From Candidatus Omnitrophota bacterium (lineage in GTDB: Bacteria; Omnitrophota; Gorgyraeia; Tantalellales; Tantalellaceae), in assembly GCA_007135805.1 (NCBI GenBank), contig SLID01000099.1, positions 1,882 through 65,881 on the forward strand: a stretch of 64,000 nucleotides of DNA. The letters run 5' to 3'. Shown here piece after piece: positions 19,920 to 27,909 of this stretch. Both the position numbers and the translations under genes were made by a program. The notes beneath the pieces are model-generated. The model made no database searches. It saw nothing but the letters and a program-made list of their open reading frames with translations, and was not told the DNA's origin. The stretch's first letter is position 1, and each line of letters opens with the position of its first letter.

Positions 19920-20981
19920 ATGTATAAGATAGCTGTTCTCCCGGGGGACGGGACCGGCCCCGAGGTGGTAAAAGAAGGGCTGAAAGTAATGGAGGCGGCG
20001 TCTCAGAAAGCGGGATTCAGGTATGAGACCGTTACATATGACCTTGGCGGTGAACGTTATATGAAAACGGGAGAAATACTTCCCGAAAGCGTTCTTGAAG
20101 AGCTCAAGACTTTTGACGCGATATATCTGGGCGCTATCGGCCATCCTGACGTGAAGCCGGGTATTCTCGAGAAGGGGCTTCTCCTCGCGCTCAGGTTTGA
20201 ACTCGACCAGTATATCAATCTTCGTCCTGTTAAACTGTATCCCGGTGTGTATACTCCGGTCAAGGACAAGGGGCCTGAGGACATAGATTTCGTGGTAGTG
20301 CGCGAGAACACTGAAGGATTGTATACGGGTACAGGGGGGGCTCTCAAGAAGGGTACGTCCGAGGAAGTGGCCATACAGACATCGGTCAATACCCGTAAAG
20401 GAGTGGAAAGGTGTTTAAGGTACGCCTTTGAGTACACCAAAAGGCGCGGCAAAAGAAATACGCTTACCCTGGTGGGTAAAACTAACGTGCTTACACATGC
20501 TTTTGACTTGTGGGAGAGAGCTTTCAACGAAATAGGCGATGACGAGTTCGGTGAAATAAAAAGGGAATACGCCCATGTTGACGCGACATGCATGTGGATG
20601 GTGAAGAATCCAGAATGGTTCGATGTCATTGTCACGGATAACATGTTCGGGGATATAATAACCGATCTCGGGGCTATGATACAGGGAGGTATGGGCATAG
20701 CCGCGGGAGGCAATATAAATCCCAAAGGTGTTTCTATGTTCGAGCCCATCGGTGGTTCGGCGCCCAAATATACTGGCAAGAATGTGATCAACCCCCTGGC
20801 CGCGATTTGCGCGGCAGGCATGATGTTCGATACGCTCGGCCAGCATGAAGCGGCCGATACAATAGAAAAAGCGGTCATGGCGGTGACCGCCGGCAAACTT
20901 GAAAGCCTTTCCGCCGGTAAAATGGGGTATTCAACCGAAGAGGTCGGGGACCTGGTGGTCGACGCTCTCGGGGGTGTTTAA
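19920..20981 (+). CDS. leuB: 3-isopropylmalate dehydrogenase
   Basis: PGDGTGPEV, NLRP, VRENTEG, NMFGDI, FEPIGGSAP; context after leuCD. Confidence 0.92.
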   Translation: MYKIAVLPGDGTGPEVVKEGLKVMEAASQKAGFRYETVTYDLGGERYMKTGEILPESVLEELKTFDAIYLGAIGHPDVKPGILEKGLLLALRFELDQYINLRPVKLYPGVYTPVKDKGPEDIDFVVVRENTEGLYTGTGGALKKGTSEEVAIQTSVNTRKGVERCLRYAFEYTKRRGKRNTLTLVGKTNVLTHAFDLWERAFNEIGDDEFGEIKREYAHVDATCMWMVKNPEWFDVIVTDNMFGDIITDLGAMIQGGMGIAAGGNINPKGVSMFEPIGGSAPKYTGKNVINPLAAICAAGMMFDTLGQHEAADTIEKAVMAVTAGKLESLSAGKMGYSTEEVGDLVVDALGGV

Positions 20982-20996
20982 AGTAAGGAGCTGGTG

Positions 20997-22046
20997 ATGA
21001 TAAAGAAGAAGGAAAAATACAATGTCGCGGTGATGGGAGCTACGGGAGCGGTAGGGAACCAGATGCTCTGGATACTTGAGGAAAGAGCTTTTCCCATTGA
21101 CGAGATACGTCTTCTGGCGAGCGAAAGGTCGTCAGGTAAAAAACTTGAATTCGGAGGCAGAGAAATACCCGTACAGGTCCTTTCCAGGGATTCTTTCGAA
21201 GGCATAGATATAGTACTCGCTTCGGCGGGAGGGGCAAGAAGTAAGGAGTTCTTGCCCCATGCTGTGGAGTCCGGAGCTGTGTGCATTGACAATTCAAGCG
21301 CTTTCAGGATGGATCCGGAAGTTCCCCTGGTAGTGCCCGAGGTCAATCCCGCGGCAATAGAACTCAACAAGGGGATCATAGCCAACCCGAACTGTTCGAC
21401 CATACAGATGGTTCTACCGTTAAAGGCGATCGATGATATAAGCAGAATAAAGAGGGTGGTCGTCACTACTTTTCAGTCTGTTTCCGGAGCTGGACAACAG
21501 AATATAATCGAGATGGAAGCCCAGGTCATGCGCCTCAGCAAAAAAGAGTCTCATTACGGTGTGGGTGAGCATACTGTACCCCCAGGGATGGTGAACAAAT
21601 TTGCCCACCAGATCGCTTACAACCTCATACCTCATATTGATGTGTTCACTGACGGCCTGTATACCAATGAAGAGATGAAAATGATCCGGGAGACACATAA
21701 AATAATGGGGCGCGGCGATATAAGGGTAACGTCAACGTGCGTGAGGGTGCCTGTTTATTACGCGCACTCGGAAAGCATCAACGTAGAGACCGAGTCAAAG
21801 ATCTCCCGGGCTGAGGCGATCGAAGCTATGCGGGATTTTCCGGGCATAACCATTGTGGACGACCCCGCCAGCGGCAAGTATCCGATGCCCATAGAGGCCG
21901 AGGGTAAAGACGATGTTTTCGTGGGTAGGGTTCGGGAGGACGCGTCGGTGGAGTGCGGCTTGAACCTGTGGGCCGTGGCGGATAACCTGAGAAAAGGCGC
22001 CGCTCTGAATGCCGTGCAGATAGCGGAACGGCTCATTGGGAAGTAG
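20997..22046 (+). CDS. asd: Aspartate-semialdehyde dehydrogenase
   Basis: GATGAVG, ANPNCST, QSVSGAG, DNLRKGAALNAVQ. Confidence 0.97.
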   Translation: MIKKKEKYNVAVMGATGAVGNQMLWILEERAFPIDEIRLLASERSSGKKLEFGGREIPVQVLSRDSFEGIDIVLASAGGARSKEFLPHAVESGAVCIDNSSAFRMDPEVPLVVPEVNPAAIELNKGIIANPNCSTIQMVLPLKAIDDISRIKRVVVTTFQSVSGAGQQNIIEMEAQVMRLSKKESHYGVGEHTVPPGMVNKFAHQIAYNLIPHIDVFTDGLYTNEEMKMIRETHKIMGRGDIRVTSTCVRVPVYYAHSESINVETESKISRAEAIEAMRDFPGITIVDDPASGKYPMPIEAEGKDDVFVGRVREDASVECGLNLWAVADNLRKGAALNAVQIAERLIGK

Positions 22047-22064
22047 CGGTATACATAGCGCGGC

Positions 22065-22799
22065 ATGAGGAACGTAAAACTGACTATCGCTTACGACGGC
22101 ACAGCCTACAAAGGCTGGCAGGTACAGAAAAACGGCCGGACCGTACAGGCCGAGATAGAAAAAGCTATAGCCAGGGTGATAGGATCAAAACACACGGTAC
22201 ACGGCGCGGGACGTACGGACGCGGGAGTTCATGCCATAGCACAGGTCGCTAATTTCAAAGCCCCCATAAACTTTGATGTTGCCAGGATACCCCCCGCCCT
22301 TAATACCGTTCTTCCCGGGGACATAGCCGTAAAAAAAGCGGAAGAAGTTCCGCCGGATTTTCACTCCAGATTCGACGCCAGGGCTAAAGTCTACAGTTAC
22401 AGGATAGTCGTGAGCCGCGCGCGCGATCCCTTTTCCGAAAGATATGTCTGGAGGTTGCCGTACGCCCTTGATGAAAGAATTATGAGAGAAGAGGCCCGTG
22501 TTCTTATTGGGAAACATGATTTCAAGAGTTTTCAGGCCTCGGACAAGAGGGAGCGTTCATCGGTCCGTACGATCAAGAGCATAAGCATCCAGAGGACCGG
22601 AAGCAATATTACCTTAGACATCGAGGGTGACGGATTTCTTTACAACATGGTCCGCAGTATAGCGGGAACCCTGGTGGACATAGGAAGAGGTTATCTTCTT
22701 CCGGGGAGTATGACGGATATACTTGCCTCCCGTGATCGAAAAAAAGCCGGTCCCACTGCCCCCGCCAAGGGTTTATTCCTTGTCAAAGTGAAGTACTGA
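22065..22799 (+). CDS. truA: tRNA pseudouridine(38-40) synthase
   Basis: AYDGT.Y.GWQ, AGRTDAGVHA, FLYNMVR. Confidence 0.97.
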   Translation: MRNVKLTIAYDGTAYKGWQVQKNGRTVQAEIEKAIARVIGSKHTVHGAGRTDAGVHAIAQVANFKAPINFDVARIPPALNTVLPGDIAVKKAEEVPPDFHSRFDARAKVYSYRIVVSRARDPFSERYVWRLPYALDERIMREEARVLIGKHDFKSFQASDKRERSSVRTIKSISIQRTGSNITLDIEGDGFLYNMVRSIAGTLVDIGRGYLLPGSMTDILASRDRKKAGPTAPAKGLFLVKVKY

Positions 22800-22880
22800 A
22801 TATAGACCGCTCCCGGCATGCGGCAATTTCCTTATTTGCCCCGGCAGCGGGAGTCTTTATGTACCTTCTATCTTGCTTTT

Positions 22881-23009
22881 TATCCCGCTTCCGGCGCCTT
22901 ACTGGCGCGGTCATTGTGAAGCTTTCGCGGTGAATGACTGATATTCCCTTTGAGGGACGCTCGGTTTTCCCAGCGCGGAAATCATCGCTGGGCGGACTCC
23001 CTCGCTCTT
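22881..23009. repeat. ~129-bp dispersed structured repeat, copy A (copy B at 42181-42308)
   Basis: Hand alignment of the two copies gives ~79% identity with one gap; shared blocks CATTGTGAAG, GATATTCCCTT, CCTCGCTCTT. Confidence 0.85.
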
Positions 23010-23022
23010 TCTGCTCGGGACA

Positions 23023-23277
23023 CATCGCGAACCATGCCCGCTCGGCGAACATTTCATTTATACGCGGGAACTTTCAGTCCCGTCATCGCGAACCATGCCC
23101 GCTCGGCGAACATTTCATTTATACGCGGGAACTTTCAGTCCCGTCATCGCGAACCATGGCCGTTCGGCGAACATTTCATTTATCCGCGGTAACTTTCAAT
23201 CCCGTCATCGCGAACCATGGCCGTTCGGCGAACATTTCATTTATCCGCGGTAACTTTCAATCCCGTCATCGCGAACC
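23023..23277. repeat. Tandem array of four 61-bp units (A,A,B,B) plus the start of a fifth
   Basis: Units start at 23023, 23084, 23145, 23206 and 23267. Units 1=2 and 3=4; A and B differ at 5 positions. Confidence 0.97.
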
Positions 23278-23477
23278 CCGCGAAGCGGGGTGAAGCGATC
23301 TCAGTTTAAAAACATTTAGTTTTTCCGGAAACAATCGATATGCTGAAAGTCGCCTTGTTACAGAGGAAAGTACAAAGCTCCTTAAAGTTATAAGGAGCCT
23401 TCCGTAAACAGTCTCTCTCCGAGATGTTTCAATTTGATGGCATCACTTCGCCGCCCCCTTCGGGGCGCCCTCGTGAT
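23265..23477. repeat. Bipartite palindromic REP/MITE-like element with inverted arms
   Basis: Left arm GTCATCGCGAA-CCCCGC-GAA-GCGGGG-TGAAGCGAT; right arm ATCACTTC..CGCCCC-CTTC-GGGGCG..TCGTGAT (23442-23477) is complementary to it. Confidence 0.7.
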
Positions 23478-23560
23478 CGTGTCGTTTAGATTTACCGCAG
23501 ATGAGTGATGGTTGCTTTCGGCATTCCTCATCAGGCGATAATACTTTTTTAGTCCCTAAT

Positions 23561-23602
23561 TTGACAAGTATAAATACTTGCTGTATACTTGTTGTGTACT
23601 TG
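23561..23602 (+). promoter_or_regulatory. sigma70 promoter overlaid by phased TACTTG operator repeats
   Basis: TTGACA (23561-66), 17 bp, TATACT (23584-89); CAAGTAT/ATACTTG inverted pair plus direct copies at 23574, 23585 and 23596. Confidence 0.8.
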
Positions 23603-23626
23603 TAAAAGTTTTGTTGAGAGGTTGAT

Positions 23627-23797
23627 ATGGCCAGAAAGAGGGGATTCAAATTCTATTCCACTGTATCGGACCGGGGGCAGATATTTATACCCAAAGTCCT
23701 GCAGGATTATTTTGGTATACGTAAGCGCGATAAGGTGGAGTTTATTGTGAAAGACGACGGGAGCATAGTGTTCGCAAAGAAGGAGGGGAAAGAGTGA
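23627..23797 (+). CDS. AbrB/MazE/SpoVT-family DNA-binding protein, 56 aa (absent from the ORF track)
   Basis: MARKRGFKFYSTVSDRGQIFIPKVLQDYFGIRKRDKVEFIVKDDGSIVFAKKEGKE fits the swapped-hairpin pattern (V..RGQI.IPK.....GI...D.VEF); SD GAGAGG. Confidence 0.85.
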   Translation: MARKRGFKFYSTVSDRGQIFIPKVLQDYFGIRKRDKVEFIVKDDGSIVFAKKEGKE

Positions 23798-23973
23798 AGA
23801 AAAAAAACAGGACCCATTCGCACAAGGTGACGATCAATGATCAGCGGCGGGTAAACAAGATGGCCTCGGATCTAGGCAGCAAACCCGTTTCGAAAAAGGT
23901 CGTACACAATGTATTCGAGACATATTACAAGAATCAGGTAAAAGCTCTTTACCGGGCTGTTCTTGGAGAATAA
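23794..23973 (+). CDS. Hypothetical basic 59-aa protein coupled to the AbrB gene (absent from the ORF track)
   Basis: GTG start overlaps the AbrB stop (GTGA) and has a strong SD AGGAGG; MKKKNRTHSHKVTINDQRRVNKMASDLGSKPVSKKVVHNVFETYYKNQVKALYRAVLGE. Confidence 0.65.
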   Translation: MKKKNRTHSHKVTINDQRRVNKMASDLGSKPVSKKVVHNVFETYYKNQVKALYRAVLGE

Positions 23974-24106
23974 AGGCTTTTTGTCCGGCCGGGATAGAAA
24001 CAAAGGAACATACTTCCGAGGGGGCCAACTTTTACAGTTTGCTGGATAGCGTCGTGTCTTCTGAAAGAAAGTCCTGGAATTCTCTTGACTCCTTGTTAAA
24101 ATGCCC

Positions 24107-24135
24107 TTGACAAGCAAAGCCGAATGTGATAATTT
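24107..24135 (+). promoter_or_regulatory. Promoter of rplM-rpsI
   Basis: TTGACA, 17 bp, TAATTT with extended -10 TG. Confidence 0.6.
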
Positions 24136-24221
24136 TAGCATTCTATTCAGGCGGTGAGCGTGTTCACGCAGCACCGAGGGTTTATTATGTCCAATAAAAG
24201 ATTTAATGAATGAAGGCAATT

Positions 24222-24668
24222 ATGAAAACAAAAATGGTGAAACATAAAGAGACTTCTCATGAATGGTTTGTGATGGATGTCGAAGGACAGGTATTAGGTA
24301 GGGCAGCCAGCGAGATCGCGACGCTTTTGAGCGGAAAGTACCGACCCGATTTCACTCCGAATGTGGATAATGGAGCGGGGGTGATTGTGCTTAACTGCGG
24401 AAAGGTTAGGATAACTGGAAAGAAAGCTGAACAAAAATTTTACAAGAGGTTTTCGGGATATCCGGGTGGACAGAAAGTCACAAGGTACGACAAGATGATG
24501 GAAAAGGATCCCACTTATGCTCTAAGGCACGCGGTCAGAGGTATGCTGCCCAAGAACAAGCTGGCTACGCTTATGCTGCGGAGACTCAAGCTATACGTTG
24601 GGACAGAACACCCCCACGAGGCCCAGAAACCCGTGGAGAGGAAAATACAAGACGGAGATGAAAGATGA
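24222..24668 (+). CDS. rplM: 50S ribosomal protein L13
   Basis: [37 protein letters not shown] (alternative start 24210). Confidence 0.98.
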   Translation: MKTKMVKHKETSHEWFVMDVEGQVLGRAASEIATLLSGKYRPDFTPNVDNGAGVIVLNCGKVRITGKKAEQKFYKRFSGYPGGQKVTRYDKMMEKDPTYALRHAVRGMLPKNKLATLMLRRLKLYVGTEHPHEAQKPVERKIQDGDER

Positions 24669-25060
24669 GCGAGAAAACAGTAAAAATAGTTATCGGACGG
24701 CGCAAGGAATCAGTAGCGAGGGTGCGTCTGGTAGAGGGTAACGGTAAGGTTCGGGTAAACAAAAGGCTCTTTGAGGATTATTTCCCGAGAGAAACCCACA
24801 GGATAGTTGTGATGCAGCCAATGGAAGCTACGGGGACAGTCGGTAAATACGACGTTCTGGCTACCGTTTCCGGTGGGGGAATAAGCGGACAGGCCGGAGC
24901 GCTGAAGCACGGCATAGCCAGAGCGCTTCTTGAAGTGGACAGTTCAGCCCGGACAGCCCTGAGGAACGGAGGCTTCCTTACACGGGATCCCAGGGCCAAG
25001 GAACGGAAGAAATACGGCCAGAAACGCGCCCGCAAAAAATTCCAGTTCTCAAAAAGATAA
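24665..25060 (+). CDS. rpsI: 30S ribosomal protein S9
   Basis: [38 protein letters not shown]. Confidence 0.98.
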   Translation: MSEKTVKIVIGRRKESVARVRLVEGNGKVRVNKRLFEDYFPRETHRIVVMQPMEATGTVGKYDVLATVSGGGISGQAGALKHGIARALLEVDSSARTALRNGGFLTRDPRAKERKKYGQKRARKKFQFSKR

Positions 25061-25079
25061 GTTTTCAGCGTATACCCGC

Positions 25080-25111
25080 AAAAGCCACGCTCATAGAGCG
25101 TGGCTTTTTTT
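25080..25111 (+). terminator. Intrinsic terminator after rpsI
   Basis: AAAAGCCACGCTC-ATA-GAGCGTGGC followed by T7. Confidence 0.9.
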
Positions 25112-25405
25112 GTAGATATTATTTGAAATCCCCATCTTGAACCCAAGATCCCAGATAGAAACATCAGAAATCCCAGAGGAATATACGCCATTGCCGTCAA
25201 TAGGCCTGTTCTTCGGCCGCGTTTTCAGGCCATAATTAAAAGGCGCGACGCGAATTTGTACCAGTCGCTCATATGTTATTTTGAATGGCGCTCCGTGACA
25301 GTCTCATATTGTTTATTTGATAGGGGCGGTCATCCAGGGATGGGGAGAGGTTATTTTCAACAGCGAGCGCTGGGAAGATCTTACGGGATGTATCAGGGGT
25401 TTTTC

Positions 25406-25434
25406 TTGACACTCACATATATTTATCTTATACT
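25406..25434 (+). promoter_or_regulatory. Promoter of the arg/lys operon
   Basis: TTGACA, 17 bp, TATACT, ~190 nt upstream of argC. Confidence 0.7.
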
Positions 25435-25624
25435 CGGGGTTTTAGCTTAAGGTCTGTGCCTCATGTCGCAATAGTGCGCTCAATGACGAGGTGAGGGGCG
25501 GGCGGCGGTCAATAAAGGGTATGGGGCTTTAAGGGTGGATTTTTGTCCCAAAGCCGGGAATATGGAAGAAATATTCCGGTAAAGAGTCAGTTATCATATA
25601 AACTCTCATAGGAAGGACTTTATT

Positions 25625-26638
25625 ATGATCAAAGTAGCCGTAGTCGGCGCGACGGGGTATACGGGCGAGGAACTTGTCGAGGTGCTTAATAAGAACCCGG
25701 AGGTTGAGATAACCTCGCTTTCGGCAATCGTTGACAGGGAAAGGCCTTTCGGGGAGATGTTCCCGCGTTTTGGGAAAAAAATATCGCTGCCCTGTGAGAA
25801 ACTCGATGTTGATAAGGTCGCCTCAGCATGTGATATAGTGTTCCTGGCGCTTCCTCATACGGTCTCCATGAAATTCGCGCCTGTTTTCCTCTCCAAAGGA
25901 AAAAAGGTAGTGGATCTTAGCGCTGATTACCGCCTTCCCCAAGATGTATATGAGAAATGGTACGGCTTAGAGCATTCCGACGCGGCCGGCATCAAGGAAG
26001 CTGTTTACGGACTGCCTGAACTTAACAGGTCCCGCTTAAGGGACGCGCGGCTTGTAGCCAACCCGGGATGTTATCCCACAAGTGTCATCCTGGCGCTGAT
26101 GCCGTTAGCCCGGGACATAGCTGAGAAGGGACCGGATGTAGTGGTAGACTCAAAAAGCGGGGCTACGGGAGCGGGGCGTAAGGCGGCGATACCTCTTGCC
26201 TTCGGAGAGGTTGACAGCAATATGAAATGTTATAAGGCCAACGCGCATCAGCATATGCCCGAAATGGAACACATACTTTCGGTGTCTTCGGGTAAAGATT
26301 TCAGGTTAAATTTTACGCCGCATCTTGTTCCAATGCGCAGGGGGATACTCTCGACCATTTATGTAAAACACGCGTCTCTTCCACGAGAAGAGGAGATATA
26401 CAGTATGTATCTGGAAAAATACGATAGCGAGCCTTTTGTCCGGGTAAGGCCTCCGGGAGAAATCCCCGAGCTAAAAGACGTAGCGGGAACCAATTTTTGC
26501 GACATCGGGTTCACGGTCGCATCCGGGATGCTGGTGGTAGTGTCTGTTATCGATAATCTCTTGAAAGGGGCCAGCGGACAGGCCGCGCAGAATATGAACA
26601 TAATGTGTGGATTTGACGAAAGACAGGGGTTATTGTGA
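25625..26638 (+). CDS. argC: N-acetyl-gamma-glutamyl-phosphate reductase
   Basis: GATGYTG, DLSADYR, ANPGCYPT, DNLLKGASGQA. Confidence 0.97.
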   Translation: MIKVAVVGATGYTGEELVEVLNKNPEVEITSLSAIVDRERPFGEMFPRFGKKISLPCEKLDVDKVASACDIVFLALPHTVSMKFAPVFLSKGKKVVDLSADYRLPQDVYEKWYGLEHSDAAGIKEAVYGLPELNRSRLRDARLVANPGCYPTSVILALMPLARDIAEKGPDVVVDSKSGATGAGRKAAIPLAFGEVDSNMKCYKANAHQHMPEMEHILSVSSGKDFRLNFTPHLVPMRRGILSTIYVKHASLPREEEIYSMYLEKYDSEPFVRVRPPGEIPELKDVAGTNFCDIGFTVASGMLVVVSVIDNLLKGASGQAAQNMNIMCGFDERQGLL

Positions 26639-27840
26639 GAAGATCCGGGGATAAGGGGATAGATGTCCCTATTGGTTTTTCGGCCGGTGGTATGCATTGC
26701 GGGGCCAAGCGGAAAAGAAAGGACCTGTCTTTGATCTTCTCGGTCAAAGGTTGTACATCCGCCGCGCTTTTTACCAGAAACACTGTTAAGGCCGCTCCGC
26801 TGGTGAGGGGTATGGCCCAGATGAAAGCCGGTAACCGTCTCCGGGCTGTTGTGGTCAATAGCGGCAACGCGAATTGCATGACCGGCGAAAGAGGTCTCAA
26901 GGATGCTGAGAAGATGGCCAATGTGACGGCAGAAGCCCTCGGCGTTCCTCCGGGAGAGGTTTTTGTATCTTCTACAGGTATAATAGGCCAGTATATGGAT
27001 ATGGGGCCTATACTGAGCGGGATAAGAACACTTTCCGGGAATATTTCCCCCAACGGGTTTGAGTCCGCGGCCGACGGCATAATGACCACCGATGGTTTCA
27101 GGAAGATGTCCTCGAGAAAGTTCCGTGTGAACGGCCGGGAAATAACCATGACCGGTATAGCCAAGGGGGCCGGCATGATAAAACCCGATATGGCCACCAC
27201 GTTGGTCTTCGTGATAACGGACGCGGCGATAAGCCGCGGGGCTCTGGCTAAAGCTTTATCCCTTTCTACGGAAAGGTCTTTTAATTCCATAACCGTTGAC
27301 GGTGATATGAGTACCAATGATACTGCGCTTATCATGGCCAACGGAATGGCGTGTAACCCGAGGATATCCTTATCCTCCGGGAGTTTTGAAAAATTTACGT
27401 CTGAACTCGGAGCCCTGATGCTGGAATTGGCGGCTATGGTGGTAAGGGATGGCGAGGGGGCCGGCAAATTCATAGAGGTAAGGGTCAAAGGAGCCCGTAA
27501 GGATGCCGAAGCGAAAAAAGCGGCTGAGACCGTGGCTGATTCGCTTCTCGTTAAATGCGCCGCTTCCGGGGAGGACCCCAATTGGGGGAGAATAGCTTCT
27601 TCGGTAGGGGCGAGCGGGGTGAGGTTCGATCCGGGAAAAATGACCATAAAGCTCGACGGAGTGGCTTTTTTCAGGAAAGGAAAACCCGTACTCCGGGCTA
27701 AACGTCTCGAAAGCCCTGTTTTTAAGGGGAAGGACATCCTTATTGAGGTTGACCTGGCTTCGGGTAAAGGTAGTTCCGTGTTTTATTCGTGCGACATAAC
27801 TACAAAATATATTGACCTGAACTCGTTTTACACGACGTAG
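26635..27840 (+). CDS. argJ: Ornithine acetyltransferase / N-acetylglutamate synthase
   Basis: NSGNANC, STGIIG, KGAGMI.PDMATTL autoproteolysis site, DGDMSTND, DPNWGR. Confidence 0.96.
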   Translation: MRRSGDKGIDVPIGFSAGGMHCGAKRKRKDLSLIFSVKGCTSAALFTRNTVKAAPLVRGMAQMKAGNRLRAVVVNSGNANCMTGERGLKDAEKMANVTAEALGVPPGEVFVSSTGIIGQYMDMGPILSGIRTLSGNISPNGFESAADGIMTTDGFRKMSSRKFRVNGREITMTGIAKGAGMIKPDMATTLVFVITDAAISRGALAKALSLSTERSFNSITVDGDMSTNDTALIMANGMACNPRISLSSGSFEKFTSELGALMLELAAMVVRDGEGAGKFIEVRVKGARKDAEAKKAAETVADSLLVKCAASGEDPNWGRIASSVGASGVRFDPGKMTIKLDGVAFFRKGKPVLRAKRLESPVFKGKDILIEVDLASGKGSSVFYSCDITTKYIDLNSFYTT

Positions 27841-27909
27841 TGACCGGGTAGATGAGGCCGGGGTAAAACAAGAGTAGACCGGGCAAGAGGGTTTTTCGGA
27901 GGGAATGGT

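Noticed and set aside
23023-23277. Tandem array as a CRISPR array
   Set aside because: Units are near-identical over their full 61 bp with no unique spacers, and there are no cas genes in the window.
22934-23293. 119-aa and 80-aa ORFs over the tandem repeat
   Set aside because: They are by-products of a 61-bp (non-triplet) repeat, with no SD or protein-like features.
25256-25450. 64-aa TTG-start ORF upstream of argC
   Set aside because: No SD, it runs through the predicted promoter, and it has no recognisable features.
25441-25624. Lysine riboswitch or T-box upstream of argC
   Set aside because: Only a GAGGT fragment matches. The other conserved blocks and the T-box motif with terminator are not visible.
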